Below are positions 39,076 to 47,681 of a stretch of 64,000 nucleotides of DNA, piece after piece; the stretch's first letter is position 1; every line of letters begins with the position of its first letter. The notes under the pieces are model-generated. The model was not told where the DNA came from. It searched no databases and saw nothing but the letters and a program-made list of their open reading frames with translations. The position numbers and the translations under genes were made by a program. Where the stretch lies: the NCBI GenBank assembly GCA_052148655.1, contig JBKQHU010000017.1:5614-69613 (forward strand). Reading direction: 5' to 3'. The stretch is from Acidimicrobiales bacterium. Its GTDB lineage: Bacteria > Actinomycetota > Acidimicrobiia > Acidimicrobiales > Bog-793.

Positions 39076-40605
39076 GTGGTCGCTGACACACTCGTCACTT
39101 CAGAGTTGACGCCCGTCGCTCGGGCACCACGGCCTCGCCGATTCACCACGCTCGAGATCGCGGTCGCCGTCGGTGCCTTCGCGCTCTTCTGTGTCGCCGT
39201 ACTCACAAAGGCGACCAAGCTGCTCGAGCCGGACGACTCCGCTTACCTGGCGTCGATCATCGCGCTCACCCATGGCCACATCACCTTGTCGAGCGCGCAG
39301 TACAGCGCCCTCATGGCGAGTTTGAGCGCCCATGGCGGCCCGGGGATCATGCAGTGGATACAGCTTTCGGACGGTCGCTGGATGAGCGAGAAGAATCCGG
39401 GCTACCCCTTCTTCGCGGCACCGTTCCAGATGCTGGGGATTCTGCGGGCGGCACCGCTGTTCGCCGGTGCTCTGGCGTCGACGAGCCTGTTCGCCGCGGG
39501 TCGTCGCTGGCTGGGAAGCTGGGGCGGCACGTGGGCTGTAGTCCTGTTTGTCTCCTCGGGGGCGGCGATCTCCTTCGCGTGGCGACCGACAATGCCGTCG
39601 TTCACCGATGCCGCCCTCGTCGCCGCCGGGGCCGGGACCCTGCTGTGGACCTTCCTCGCCGATGATGCCTCGCCGCGGCGACGGACTGTCGTCGGCTTGC
39701 TGGGGTTCGTCTCGCTCGAGATGGCGGTGTTCATCCGCTACACCGATGTGGTGATGCTCGTGGTGGCGGTGCCCGCGGTATTGCTCACCTTCCGCAAGGC
39801 GCGGATCCCGGCCCGGTCGCTGTCGTGGTGGTTGGGCTCGGTAGCGCTCTTCGCAGGGGGCGTGATGGTTTTCGACGAGGCCTTCTATGGTGGAGCCCTC
39901 AAGACCGGCTACGGCGCGGGCGAGATCACCTTTGCCCTGCGAGCGATCGTCCCGAACCTCAAGATCATGCCCCCCAACCTGTTAAAGGCGATGCCGGCGC
40001 TGTTGTTGGGATTGGCAGCTTTGCTCTGGATGGTTGTCAGGGTGGTCCGGAGCCGGTCTTTCGGGGCCGATCCAGTCTCGGCCTCCAAGATCCGGCGCGA
40101 CGCGGTCATTGGCCTCGTGCTCGCCTCAGGCTGGCTCGGCCTATGGGGTCTCTATTCGGCGTACACCTGGACCGCAGGAACGGGATCAGCAGGTGGCTTG
40201 CCCGGCGGTGGCGATGGTGGCGGGATCCACGTCATCCGCTTCTATCTCCCCGCCATCGGCCTCATCGCCCTGCTCGGCGCCTGGTTGCTGATGCAACTGC
40301 CCAAGTGGGTCCCCGTCGCCGTACTGCTCGTCGTCGCGGTTGGCGGATTCGCCTCCTTCCGGAACCTCACGGCCGTCGACGCGGTCGGGCCTGGGGCACG
40401 GGGCGGATTGCCGGGGGGTCCTCCAGGACAAACGAAAGGCGTGAGGCTCCCGGTGCCCGCTTCCGGTGTCGCAGTCCCGAACGGGTACCACCCGGTGCCG
40501 GCAGGGTCGCCTCCGGGGCGAAAGCCCCCAAACCGAAGACCGCCCGCAGGCCTCAGCGCACCCGGAGGTGTCACCCCCGGCCGACGCCCTCCCCCGCTGC
40601 AGTGA
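39076..40605 (+). CDS. GT39/ArnT-like (PMT_2) GT-C membrane glycosyltransferase-like protein with a Pro/Gly-rich tail
   Basis: ORF 38980..40605, with a probable GTG start at 39076. The first-loop acidic motif LLEPDDSAYL follows TM1. There are about 10 TM helices. The C-terminal 75 aa are low-complexity and Pro/Gly/Arg-rich. Confidence 0.6.
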   Translation: MVADTLVTSELTPVARAPRPRRFTTLEIAVAVGAFALFCVAVLTKATKLLEPDDSAYLASIIALTHGHITLSSAQYSALMASLSAHGGPGIMQWIQLSDGRWMSEKNPGYPFFAAPFQMLGILRAAPLFAGALASTSLFAAGRRWLGSWGGTWAVVLFVSSGAAISFAWRPTMPSFTDAALVAAGAGTLLWTFLADDASPRRRTVVGLLGFVSLEMAVFIRYTDVVMLVVAVPAVLLTFRKARIPARSLSWWLGSVALFAGGVMVFDEAFYGGALKTGYGAGEITFALRAIVPNLKIMPPNLLKAMPALLLGLAALLWMVVRVVRSRSFGADPVSASKIRRDAVIGLVLASGWLGLWGLYSAYTWTAGTGSAGGLPGGGDGGGIHVIRFYLPAIGLIALLGAWLLMQLPKWVPVAVLLVVAVGGFASFRNLTAVDAVGPGARGGLPGGPPGQTKGVRLPVPASGVAVPNGYHPVPAGSPPGRKPPNRRPPAGLSAPGGVTPGRRPPPLQ

Positions 40606-40607
40606 TG

Positions 40608-40649
40608 CCTGGCACTCGCCTGTCGAGTTCAGACAGGCTGGTTGCCAGG
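40608..40649 (+). terminator. Nested hairpin CCTGGCA-CCTGTC-loop-GACAGG-TGCCAGG directly after the stop codon
   Basis: Read directly. It starts 3 nt after the TGA at 40603-40605. There is no U-tract, which is common in high-GC actinobacteria. Confidence 0.4.
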
Positions 40650-41115
40650 TGCCGGCCTTGGTCCTGGCTGGAAATCGCAACTTTCCCGCGGTATCACGCA
40701 CACCGCGATCTGCAGGGGTCTTAGAGGCGGTTCCACCATGGCTATGGCCGTTCCGCTTGGATCCGAACGCGGAGGCCGTGACCGCACGATTCCGCCTTCT
40801 CAAGGACCGGAGGAACAAATGTTCGCGGTCTCTCATTGGGACATCCCGATCAGATTTCGCAGTCCCGCTACCGTTTACCCGCTTGCTGCGATTTGAAAAG
40901 CCCCAAATCACCTTGCACGAAGCTTCACCTTCCCGGGCGCTGAGCGAAAGTCCTCCGGTTTCCGGGCCGAGCCGGCGCACCGCCGGGCTGCGAGCGGGCA
41001 GGTCACGCGTACATTCCGGTTTTGGCGGCGCCGGCGAGAAAGCACCGGTCCCAAGGTGAACGCCAGGTAACCATCAGGTCACATTCCGAGGTTCACCTCA
41101 AGCCACCTGACCGGA

Positions 41116-43335
41116 TTGCCGATTACGGAAACCATGCAAAGTGGGTTCGCGGCATCTGTGACCGTGGCCGCCCTCGCAACCCAACGTCAGGCGCTGCCGG
41201 ACAGCTTGACATGCCGCGAAGTGGACGAGTGGTTTCGCCAGGACAACGAACGCCGTAGCGCCGTGTTGGAGCGGTCGGATGGTTCGGCGAAGTTGATAAA
41301 CCGCTCGGCGTTTTACCAGACTCTGCTCGGCCCTATGGGCTTCGGCTGGGCGCTTTACGCCAAAGAGCCGGCCGCGTTGCTCCCGGCACCCGCCGGCCTC
41401 ACCGTCCGGGGCGACATGCTCGCAGTTGACGCCGCCATGCAGCTGATGGCGGAGGAGATATCGAGCAACGACGACCTGCTCGTGATCGGCGGTAGTGCGC
41501 CGACGACGATCTCGACTTCGGCCATCCTGGCCCAGCTCGCACGAGCTCAAACCGAACAGGCAGGACGTCTGGAGGCGTTGCTCCAGAACGTCAGCGAGGT
41601 CATCCTCGTCGTGGACGAAAACGGCATCATCTGTTACACGAGCTCGTCGGGCCGGGAGGTGGGTTGGTATCAGGCGGCCGAACAGGTGGGGCGAAGCTGT
41701 CTCGACAACGTCCACGTCGACGACCGCGCGACGGTGCAGAGGCTTCTCCTGCTGGCGCGCCGGAGCCCCCGCACGACAATCAGGGACGAGGTACGCCTGC
41801 GCGGCGCCAAAGGTGGGTACCTGCTCATCGCGGTCGCAGTCACCGACCAACGCGCCCACGCGGGCATCGGCGGGCTGGTGCTCACCTATCAGGACATCAG
41901 CGAGCGCCATGCCTTCGAACAGAAATTGCGCCACCTGGCCCTGCACGACGGGCTGACGGGATTGGCGAACCGCTTGCTGCTGCAGGACCGGGTCATGCAC
42001 GCCCTGGCTGTCGCGAGCCGGTCCGGAGACTCTGTGGCCTTGTTGTACATCGACCTTGACGGTTTCAAGAAGGTCAACGACGGCTGGGGGCACGCCAGTG
42101 GTGACGCCGTTCTCCAAGCGGTCGGTGCGGCCCTCAAGGCTCAGACCCGAGCGGGAGACACCGTTGCCAGGATGGGCGGTGACGAGTTCGTCATTTTGCT
42201 CGAGCAGCTGCGGACGCCCACCGACGCGTCGGCCTTCGCCTCTCGGATCCACCAGGCACTGGAGGAAATAGTTATCGACGGGCTGCACATCAAGATCAGC
42301 TGCAGTGTGGGCGTCGCTTCGGCCGATGAGTTCCGCAACAGCGAGCCGGCCGGGGACAGCAGCGAGGCCGAGGAGCTGATCCGACGGGCAGACGCCGCCA
42401 TGTACCTCGCCAAGTCCGAGGGATGCAACCGAACCAGGTGGTGGGAGGAGTCCATCGAACAAGAGGCGGCCAAACGGCACCGGCTCAGCGCCGAGCTCGC
42501 CTTTGCCGCCGAGCGAGACGAGCTCCGCTTGCACTACCAGCCCATCGTCAATGTCGACGACGGCAGCGTCTGCGGCCTCGAGGCGCTGGTGCGCTGGCAG
42601 CATCCCACCGACGGGTTGATCCCACCGGGCGTGTTCATCCCTCTCGCCGAGCGCAACGGTGCGATAACCGCCATCACCCAGTGGGTGCTCCAACAAGCCT
42701 GCAAGGACGGGAACGACCTGTTGTTGCAGCGCGAAGCACCGCTGAGCGTCGCCGTGAACCTCTCTGCGGTCGAGCTCGCTCGTCCCCGCCTCGCCGAAGA
42801 CGTGGCACGCGTCCTCTCGGCCACCGGCTTTCCGGCGTGGCTGCTCGAGCTCGAGATCACCGAGACCGCGCTCATCACCAACTTCGCTCTCGCCCGCTCC
42901 TCCATCACTGGACTGAAAGCCCTCGGTGTGACGATCGCGATCGACGACTTCGGAACCGGCTACTCATCCCTCAGTTATCTCCACGAGCTGCCCGTCGACC
43001 GCGTCAAGATTGACAAGACGTTTACCGACCGTGTCACCGAGGAGGACGGCGCCAGCCTGATCAGGGGCGTCATTGACCTGGCCCATTCTCTCCACTTGAG
43101 AGTGACCGCCGAAGGCATCGAGACGGCCCCGCAAGCCGAGGCACTGGCAAGGTTCCGTTGCGACCAGGGGCAGGGCTTCTTTCACGCCTACCCGGTGCCG
43201 ATCGAGGAGCTCGACGTCACGCCGTCAACGCGGAGCCCCCAAAGCCTGTCATTGGTCACATCCGCCAGCAACGTGGTGTCCATGCAACTGGCAACCGCCT
43301 CAGACGCGAAACGGTTCTTCACCAGGGAGATCTAG
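41116..43335 (+). CDS. Sensor PAS-GGDEF-EAL protein (c-di-GMP turnover)
   Basis: The diguanylate cyclase motif is present in RMGGDEFVILL. EAL-domain motifs are GLEALVRW, ELEITE, IAIDDFGTGYSSLSYL and KIDKTF. A PAS-like segment (LQNVSEVILVVDENGIICYTS) and a roughly 150-aa N-terminal domain I do not recognise precede them. The start is TTG 41116 or ATG 41134. Confidence 0.9.
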   Translation: MPITETMQSGFAASVTVAALATQRQALPDSLTCREVDEWFRQDNERRSAVLERSDGSAKLINRSAFYQTLLGPMGFGWALYAKEPAALLPAPAGLTVRGDMLAVDAAMQLMAEEISSNDDLLVIGGSAPTTISTSAILAQLARAQTEQAGRLEALLQNVSEVILVVDENGIICYTSSSGREVGWYQAAEQVGRSCLDNVHVDDRATVQRLLLLARRSPRTTIRDEVRLRGAKGGYLLIAVAVTDQRAHAGIGGLVLTYQDISERHAFEQKLRHLALHDGLTGLANRLLLQDRVMHALAVASRSGDSVALLYIDLDGFKKVNDGWGHASGDAVLQAVGAALKAQTRAGDTVARMGGDEFVILLEQLRTPTDASAFASRIHQALEEIVIDGLHIKISCSVGVASADEFRNSEPAGDSSEAEELIRRADAAMYLAKSEGCNRTRWWEESIEQEAAKRHRLSAELAFAAERDELRLHYQPIVNVDDGSVCGLEALVRWQHPTDGLIPPGVFIPLAERNGAITAITQWVLQQACKDGNDLLLQREAPLSVAVNLSAVELARPRLAEDVARVLSATGFPAWLLELEITETALITNFALARSSITGLKALGVTIAIDDFGTGYSSLSYLHELPVDRVKIDKTFTDRVTEEDGASLIRGVIDLAHSLHLRVTAEGIETAPQAEALARFRCDQGQGFFHAYPVPIEELDVTPSTRSPQSLSLVTSASNVVSMQLATASDAKRFFTREI

Positions 43336-43571
43336 CGCTCCAGTCCCGTCACGGGGGCCGGGCGGCTCGGCGCCGGCGCCACACCACCGAGGCCACGCCC
43401 GCCCCTTGGGCCCCCCTCGCCCAGCCCGCGATCCGACGCTGGAACGGGCCGGGGCGCCCGCGGCACACCCCGCGAGCGATCTCTCAGGCTCAGCTCAGCT
43501 AACACACAGCTCAGTTCCCTAGGCTCACGGACGGGCACGACGGGACTAGTCAGAGGAGGAAGGGTCGAGCC

Positions 43572-44861
43572 GTGCGTGACAATGTGACCATTTCCTACCG
43601 GGGAGCCAGTTACGAGATCGGGCGAGGGCCTTCCTTCTACGGGATCTGGGGTGTCGGGCAAACGTGGTCGCAGCCATTGGAGTGGTGGCCGGACACCCCC
43701 GAGGGCTGGTACGCCGCCTGGTGGCGTTTCATGACGATCGAGCGGCCCGAGACGATCGCGCCGGTCGCCCCGGTCGCCCCGGTCGCCCCGGCTGACGGGC
43801 AGGTCGCGGTCGCAGGCAGACAGGCCGCGGTGCCGGTCAAGCGGGCGGTCCTCCCCGCCCTGCTCCTCGCCGTCGGCGTCGGCGTGGGCATCGCGGGACT
43901 GTTCCCTGACTATCTGAACGGCGAGAGCCTCACACGCCAGACGTACCTGTTGGTGCCTCACGCGATCTACCTCGCCGTCTGGACCGCGAGCGGCCTGCTC
44001 CTGCTCCGCCGTCGAGGCGGTCAACAGATAGGAACGCTCCTCGGGATGGGGACGAGCATCGTCACCTTCGGCCTGTACTTCGCGGACGCGGGCACGGCCA
44101 TCGCCCAGGGCGCCCACGTCATGGGCGCGGGCCTCGTGCTGGCGCTCGTCGGGTGGCTCGCCTGCTCCGTCGGCTCGACGACCGCTTTCGTGCTTCGGCA
44201 CGACGGCGTCGCCTTCGGCCCTCCCCGCGGTCCCGATCGCCTCGCTTTGCTGGCGTTCGGGCTCGCCGCGCTCGGCACGGCAGCCGCCTTCGCCCCCTCC
44301 TGGGACAGCTACGTCCTGCAGACCTCGGCCGGAACGACCCAGTCGTTCCAAGGGGGCAACATCTTCTCGAACCCCGGGCCCGTGATCGCCGGGAACCTCG
44401 CCACGATGGTGGCGTTGGTCGCAGTTGCGGTCGTGGCCGCGCTGTGGCGCCCGATCCTTCACGGGGCGGTCTTGCTGCTCGGCGCCATCGTCCCGATGCT
44501 CAGTCAGGCGGCTTCGGCGGTGATCCAGATCGGCGAGCCCACTTCCCCCTCGATGTTCGGCATCTCCTCCAGCCAGGCAGCGCGGGCAGGACTGACGATC
44601 ACCTCCGGTCTCACACTGGCGTTCTGGATCTACTGCGTCTTCCTCCTCGCCCTGATGGTTGTGACGATCTCAGCGCTCATCGCACCGCGTTCGCCCGAGC
44701 CCGTCACTTCTCCGGCCACCGCTGGTGGCGCAGTCATCGGTCACGACTCTCCTGTAACCGCCACGGCGCCACCAGGACCTTCACCGTTCGGGCCGGCGGC
44801 GCCGGCCGCTGGCCCGGAGGCCGGCGCGACCAACCTCGCCCCGCCGCCGGCACCGTTGTGA
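43572..44861 (+). CDS. Hypothetical polytopic membrane protein with a small cytoplasmic N-terminal domain
   Basis: 429 aa with a GTG start after GAGGAGGAAGG and high GC3. About 8 TM helices. No family recognised. The antisense ORF 43332..44462 is judged a shadow ORF. Confidence 0.6.
   Translation: MRDNVTISYRGASYEIGRGPSFYGIWGVGQTWSQPLEWWPDTPEGWYAAWWRFMTIERPETIAPVAPVAPVAPADGQVAVAGRQAAVPVKRAVLPALLLAVGVGVGIAGLFPDYLNGESLTRQTYLLVPHAIYLAVWTASGLLLLRRRGGQQIGTLLGMGTSIVTFGLYFADAGTAIAQGAHVMGAGLVLALVGWLACSVGSTTAFVLRHDGVAFGPPRGPDRLALLAFGLAALGTAAAFAPSWDSYVLQTSAGTTQSFQGGNIFSNPGPVIAGNLATMVALVAVAVVAALWRPILHGAVLLLGAIVPMLSQAASAVIQIGEPTSPSMFGISSSQAARAGLTITSGLTLAFWIYCVFLLALMVVTISALIAPRSPEPVTSPATAGGAVIGHDSPVTATAPPGPSPFGPAAPAAGPEAGATNLAPPPAPL
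43761..43787. repeat. 9-bp tandem repeat CCGGTCGCC x3 (encodes APVAPVAPVAP)
   Basis: Read directly from the sequence, in frame within CDS 43572..44861. Confidence 0.9.
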
Positions 44862-44964
44862 GGCCGCCACTCCCATCTGGTAAAGGCGAGCCCCACGGCC
44901 CCTTGTAACGGCGCGACACGATGCGGGACTGGAGATATGTTGCCCGCCGGAGGGAGATTCGCAG

Positions 44965-46179
44965 ATGGACGACAAGATCAAGGTCTACGGCGCGAGCTGG
45001 TGCAGCGATTGCAAGCGGGCAAAGCAGTTCCTCTCCGACCAGCGGGTCGCGTTCGAATGGCACGACATCGAAAACGATCCGGAGGGCCTCGAGGTCGTGC
45101 ACGAGCGCAACAACGGCAACAACGTGATCCCCACGATCATCTTCCCGGACGGCACCAGCCTCTCCGAGCCTTCCAACGAGGAGCTGGCCGACAAGATCGG
45201 CCTCGACCGCAAGGCGATGATGCATGTCTACGACATCGTTCTCGTCGGCGGCGGCCCCGCCGCGCTCACCACGAGCATCTACGCCGCCCGGGAGAACCTT
45301 TCCTCGCTGATCATCGACTCAAAGGGTCTTGGAGGCCAGGCCGGGGTCACCGAGCGTCTCGACAACTATCCGGGATTCCCCGAGGGCATAGGCGGCGCAG
45401 AGCTGGCCGAGCGCATCGTCACCCAGGCCCGCCGCTACGGCGTGGAGATGATCCAGGCCCTGTCGGTCGAGAAGATCTCACCGGACGGGGACCGCCTCGA
45501 GGTCCTCACCGCCAACGGCGATCACTATCACGCCCGTGCCGTGCTCGTCGCGACCGGTTCCAGCTACCGGCGCACCGGCGCGCCTGGCGAGCAGGACCTG
45601 ATCGGCGCGGGCATCCACTTCTGCGCCACCTGCGACGGGCCCTTCTACAAAGGTGCGGCGGAGCTGATGGTGCTCGGTGGTGGCAACAGCGGTCTCGAGG
45701 AAGGCCTTTTCTTGACTAGCTTCGCCGACAAGGTGACCGTCGTCGAGCACAACGGCCAGCTGGCAGCCCACAAGCTCCTCCAGGACAAGGTGTTGGCGCA
45801 CCCGAAGATGCAGGTGCTGCTGAACCGTGACGTGAAGGAGTTCCGGCCCAGGCCGGACGGTAGCGGCAAGCTCGGTGCCGTCATCTTGGAGGACCGGGTG
45901 ACGGGCGAGATCGAGGAGCACCACCCAGCCGGCTGCTTCGTGTTCATCGGCCTGGAGCCCAACACCGCCTTCGTGAAGGGCCAGGTGGACTTGGACGAGC
46001 GTGGGTTCATATTGACCGATGCCACCTTCATGACGTCGCTGCCGGGGGTTTTCGCAGCCGGTGACGTCCGGGCGGGATCGACCAAGCAGCTGGCTTCGGC
46101 GGTGGGCGAGGGCGCAGCTGCTTTGATCCAGATCCGCCAATACCTCGACAAGCAGTTGGCCAGAGCAGGGATGGCCTAG
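44965..46179 (+). CDS. Glutaredoxin-like domain fused to a low-Mr thioredoxin-disulfide reductase
   Basis: The N-terminal 80 aa (KVYGASWCSDCKRAKQFL...VIPTIIFPDG) form a Grx/NrdH-like fold with a CxxC. The TrxB-like part has GGGPAALT (FAD), the redox-active CATCDG, and GGGNSGLEEG (NADPH). Confidence 0.85.
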   Translation: MDDKIKVYGASWCSDCKRAKQFLSDQRVAFEWHDIENDPEGLEVVHERNNGNNVIPTIIFPDGTSLSEPSNEELADKIGLDRKAMMHVYDIVLVGGGPAALTTSIYAARENLSSLIIDSKGLGGQAGVTERLDNYPGFPEGIGGAELAERIVTQARRYGVEMIQALSVEKISPDGDRLEVLTANGDHYHARAVLVATGSSYRRTGAPGEQDLIGAGIHFCATCDGPFYKGAAELMVLGGGNSGLEEGLFLTSFADKVTVVEHNGQLAAHKLLQDKVLAHPKMQVLLNRDVKEFRPRPDGSGKLGAVILEDRVTGEIEEHHPAGCFVFIGLEPNTAFVKGQVDLDERGFILTDATFMTSLPGVFAAGDVRAGSTKQLASAVGEGAAALIQIRQYLDKQLARAGMA

Positions 46180-46340
46180 CGACCACGGCCGGGCCTCATG
46201 GACGCGGCCCCACTCGCCCAGGCGCGACCCACGTCATCGTGAAGGCTCACCCGGGCGCGTCTTCGGCACGCGAGCCATGGCGGCCGGGCAGGCGGCGTCT
46301 TATCAGTAAAGTTCTCCCACCATCGAAGATGGGGGGCGAG

Positions 46341-46772
46341 ATGTACAGGTCGGTGCTCATGGCGACTGACGGTTCCGAGACGGCTGGTGAGGCGGTCCGG
46401 GTGGCAATCAACCTCGCCAAGACGTTCGGGGCGAGGCTGCACATAGCGACCGTCCATCGCCCTCAAGTGAGCGCGAGGGCGTGGTCCGATACCAGGGTTG
46501 CCTACCACGTGGAGCTCGACCCCGCGGGCGGCGCCACGACAGAGACGGAGTCGATGGCCGTCAAAGCCCGGGCAGAGGGCGTGCCGACGCAAACGCACAT
46601 GGTGAGCGGCTTTGTGGCGGAACGGATCATCTCCCTCGCCAAGGAGCATGACGTGGAACTGATCGTCGTCGGGAACAAAGGCATGCGTGGGCTCAAGCGC
46701 TTTCTCGGCAGTGTGCCCAGCGCCGTCGCTCACTTAGCGCCATGCGCGGTGCTCATCGTCAACACCACATAG
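46341..46772 (+). CDS. Universal stress protein (UspA family)
   Basis: MYRSVLMATDGSE...ELIVVGNKGMRGLKRFLGSVPSAVAHLAPCAVLIVNT. The ATG at 46341 follows GGGGGGCGAG. The longest ORF starts at 46239. Confidence 0.85.
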   Translation: MYRSVLMATDGSETAGEAVRVAINLAKTFGARLHIATVHRPQVSARAWSDTRVAYHVELDPAGGATTETESMAVKARAEGVPTQTHMVSGFVAERIISLAKEHDVELIVVGNKGMRGLKRFLGSVPSAVAHLAPCAVLIVNTT

Positions 46773-46881
46773 CGGCGACTGAGCTGAGCAGCCCCGAGGT
46801 CCCCCTATTGCGTTTGCCGTTGCCGCCCCGGGGTCGACCGGTCTCACCGAGGCGCCTGGACCTTGGGCACCCGCGGCGTGA

Positions 46882-47394
46882 TCAATGGTTCAAGAACGAC
46901 TCGAGGCTGCGTAGGAACCATTCCGAGATCACCATGACCGCCGTCCCGCCGATCTCGACGCGATATCTGCGCGCCAGCAGGTAGTCGTCCGGTACCACAA
47001 GGGCGCCACGCTCCCACGTTCGCCGTCGGTGGGGGCCGGGAAGCTGCGACCGAGTGAAGTCGATCCCCTCGGTGGCGAGGATCCGCCCTATCGGATCAGC
47101 ACCGGTCTCGAGGCGCCTGTAGAACGCGGCAGGAAGGCGACTCGGCACGAGCAGGGTCTCGGCGTTCACGAACGGCTGCGACGAGGTCCTGCCTTGAAGA
47201 ACGGCCGAGCGTTGGACCAACGGATGGCCCTTTTCGACACCGAAGAAGTTGGGTGTGCCCGCCGCGACCGTAACGTGCCGCCGTTGCTGGGCGTCGACCG
47301 GCTCCCCGACGAGCTCCTCCAAGTACGACGTCACAGTTCCGCCTGTCTCCGAGAGCGCCGCCTCCAGGCGCGACCGCATGGCCATGGCCACCAT
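46882..47394 (-). CDS. Chorismate lyase-like / UTRA-fold (DUF98-type) protein
   Basis: ORF 46882..47550, with probable ATG starts at 47394, 47385 or 47379. The pattern TGGTVTSYLEELVGEPV...VLQGRTSSQPFVNAETLL...DPIGRIL resembles UbiC/DUF98 proteins. The call is tentative. Confidence 0.45.
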   Translation of the reverse strand: MVAMAMRSRLEAALSETGGTVTSYLEELVGEPVDAQQRRHVTVAAGTPNFFGVEKGHPLVQRSAVLQGRTSSQPFVNAETLLVPSRLPAAFYRRLETGADPIGRILATEGIDFTRSQLPGPHRRRTWERGALVVPDDYLLARRYRVEIGGTAVMVISEWFLRSLESFLNH

Positions 47395-47681
47395 TGAACC
47401 GCACGCCCGCTCACAGTTCGGGCCGACGTCCGATCCAGCCCGGAAGTCGCCGCGGAATTCCCCGGCCTGCCACAGGTGCGGCATGAAGAGGTCTGCGCGC
47501 TCGGGTGTTGCCGGGCGGCTCGCCGCAGCGCCCCGTGACGTGCGCCTCACCCTCTGGCGCCGGCCTCGGAAACGGTTATTGCCAACAGCGATGAGGGCGC
47601 TACAGTAAACGGTTACTCATTGTGTTGGGGGTGTCGGGGAACGAGGCCTCCGGTCGTTTCGGCGGGGAAAGGATCACAGAG

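Noticed and set aside
40186-41059. ORFs 40186..40980 (minus strand, 264 aa) and 40466..41059 (plus strand, 197 aa) filling the long gap upstream of the GGDEF-EAL gene.
   Set aside because: Both translations are Arg/Ser/Pro/Gly-rich low-complexity sequence with no hydrophobic core pattern, no RBS and mixed third-position composition. They partly overlap the real GT39-like CDS.
41098-42696. A 532-aa ORF antisense to the GGDEF-EAL gene. Similar long antisense ORFs are 54694..56094, 15184..16479, 22549..23784, 5226..6392, 7846..9012, 43332..44462 and 1480..2442.
   Set aside because: The translations are Arg/Gly/Asp/His-rich with no motifs. The opposite strand carries unmistakable domain motifs and GC-rich third positions. 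These are typical shadow ORFs of high-G+C DNA.
43480-43530. Repeated GCTCAG motifs (gctcagctcagct...cagctcagtt) that might suggest a tRNA D-arm or a small repeat array.
   Set aside because: Only three short, irregularly spaced copies. No cloverleaf can be drawn, and there is no spacer-repeat periodicity.
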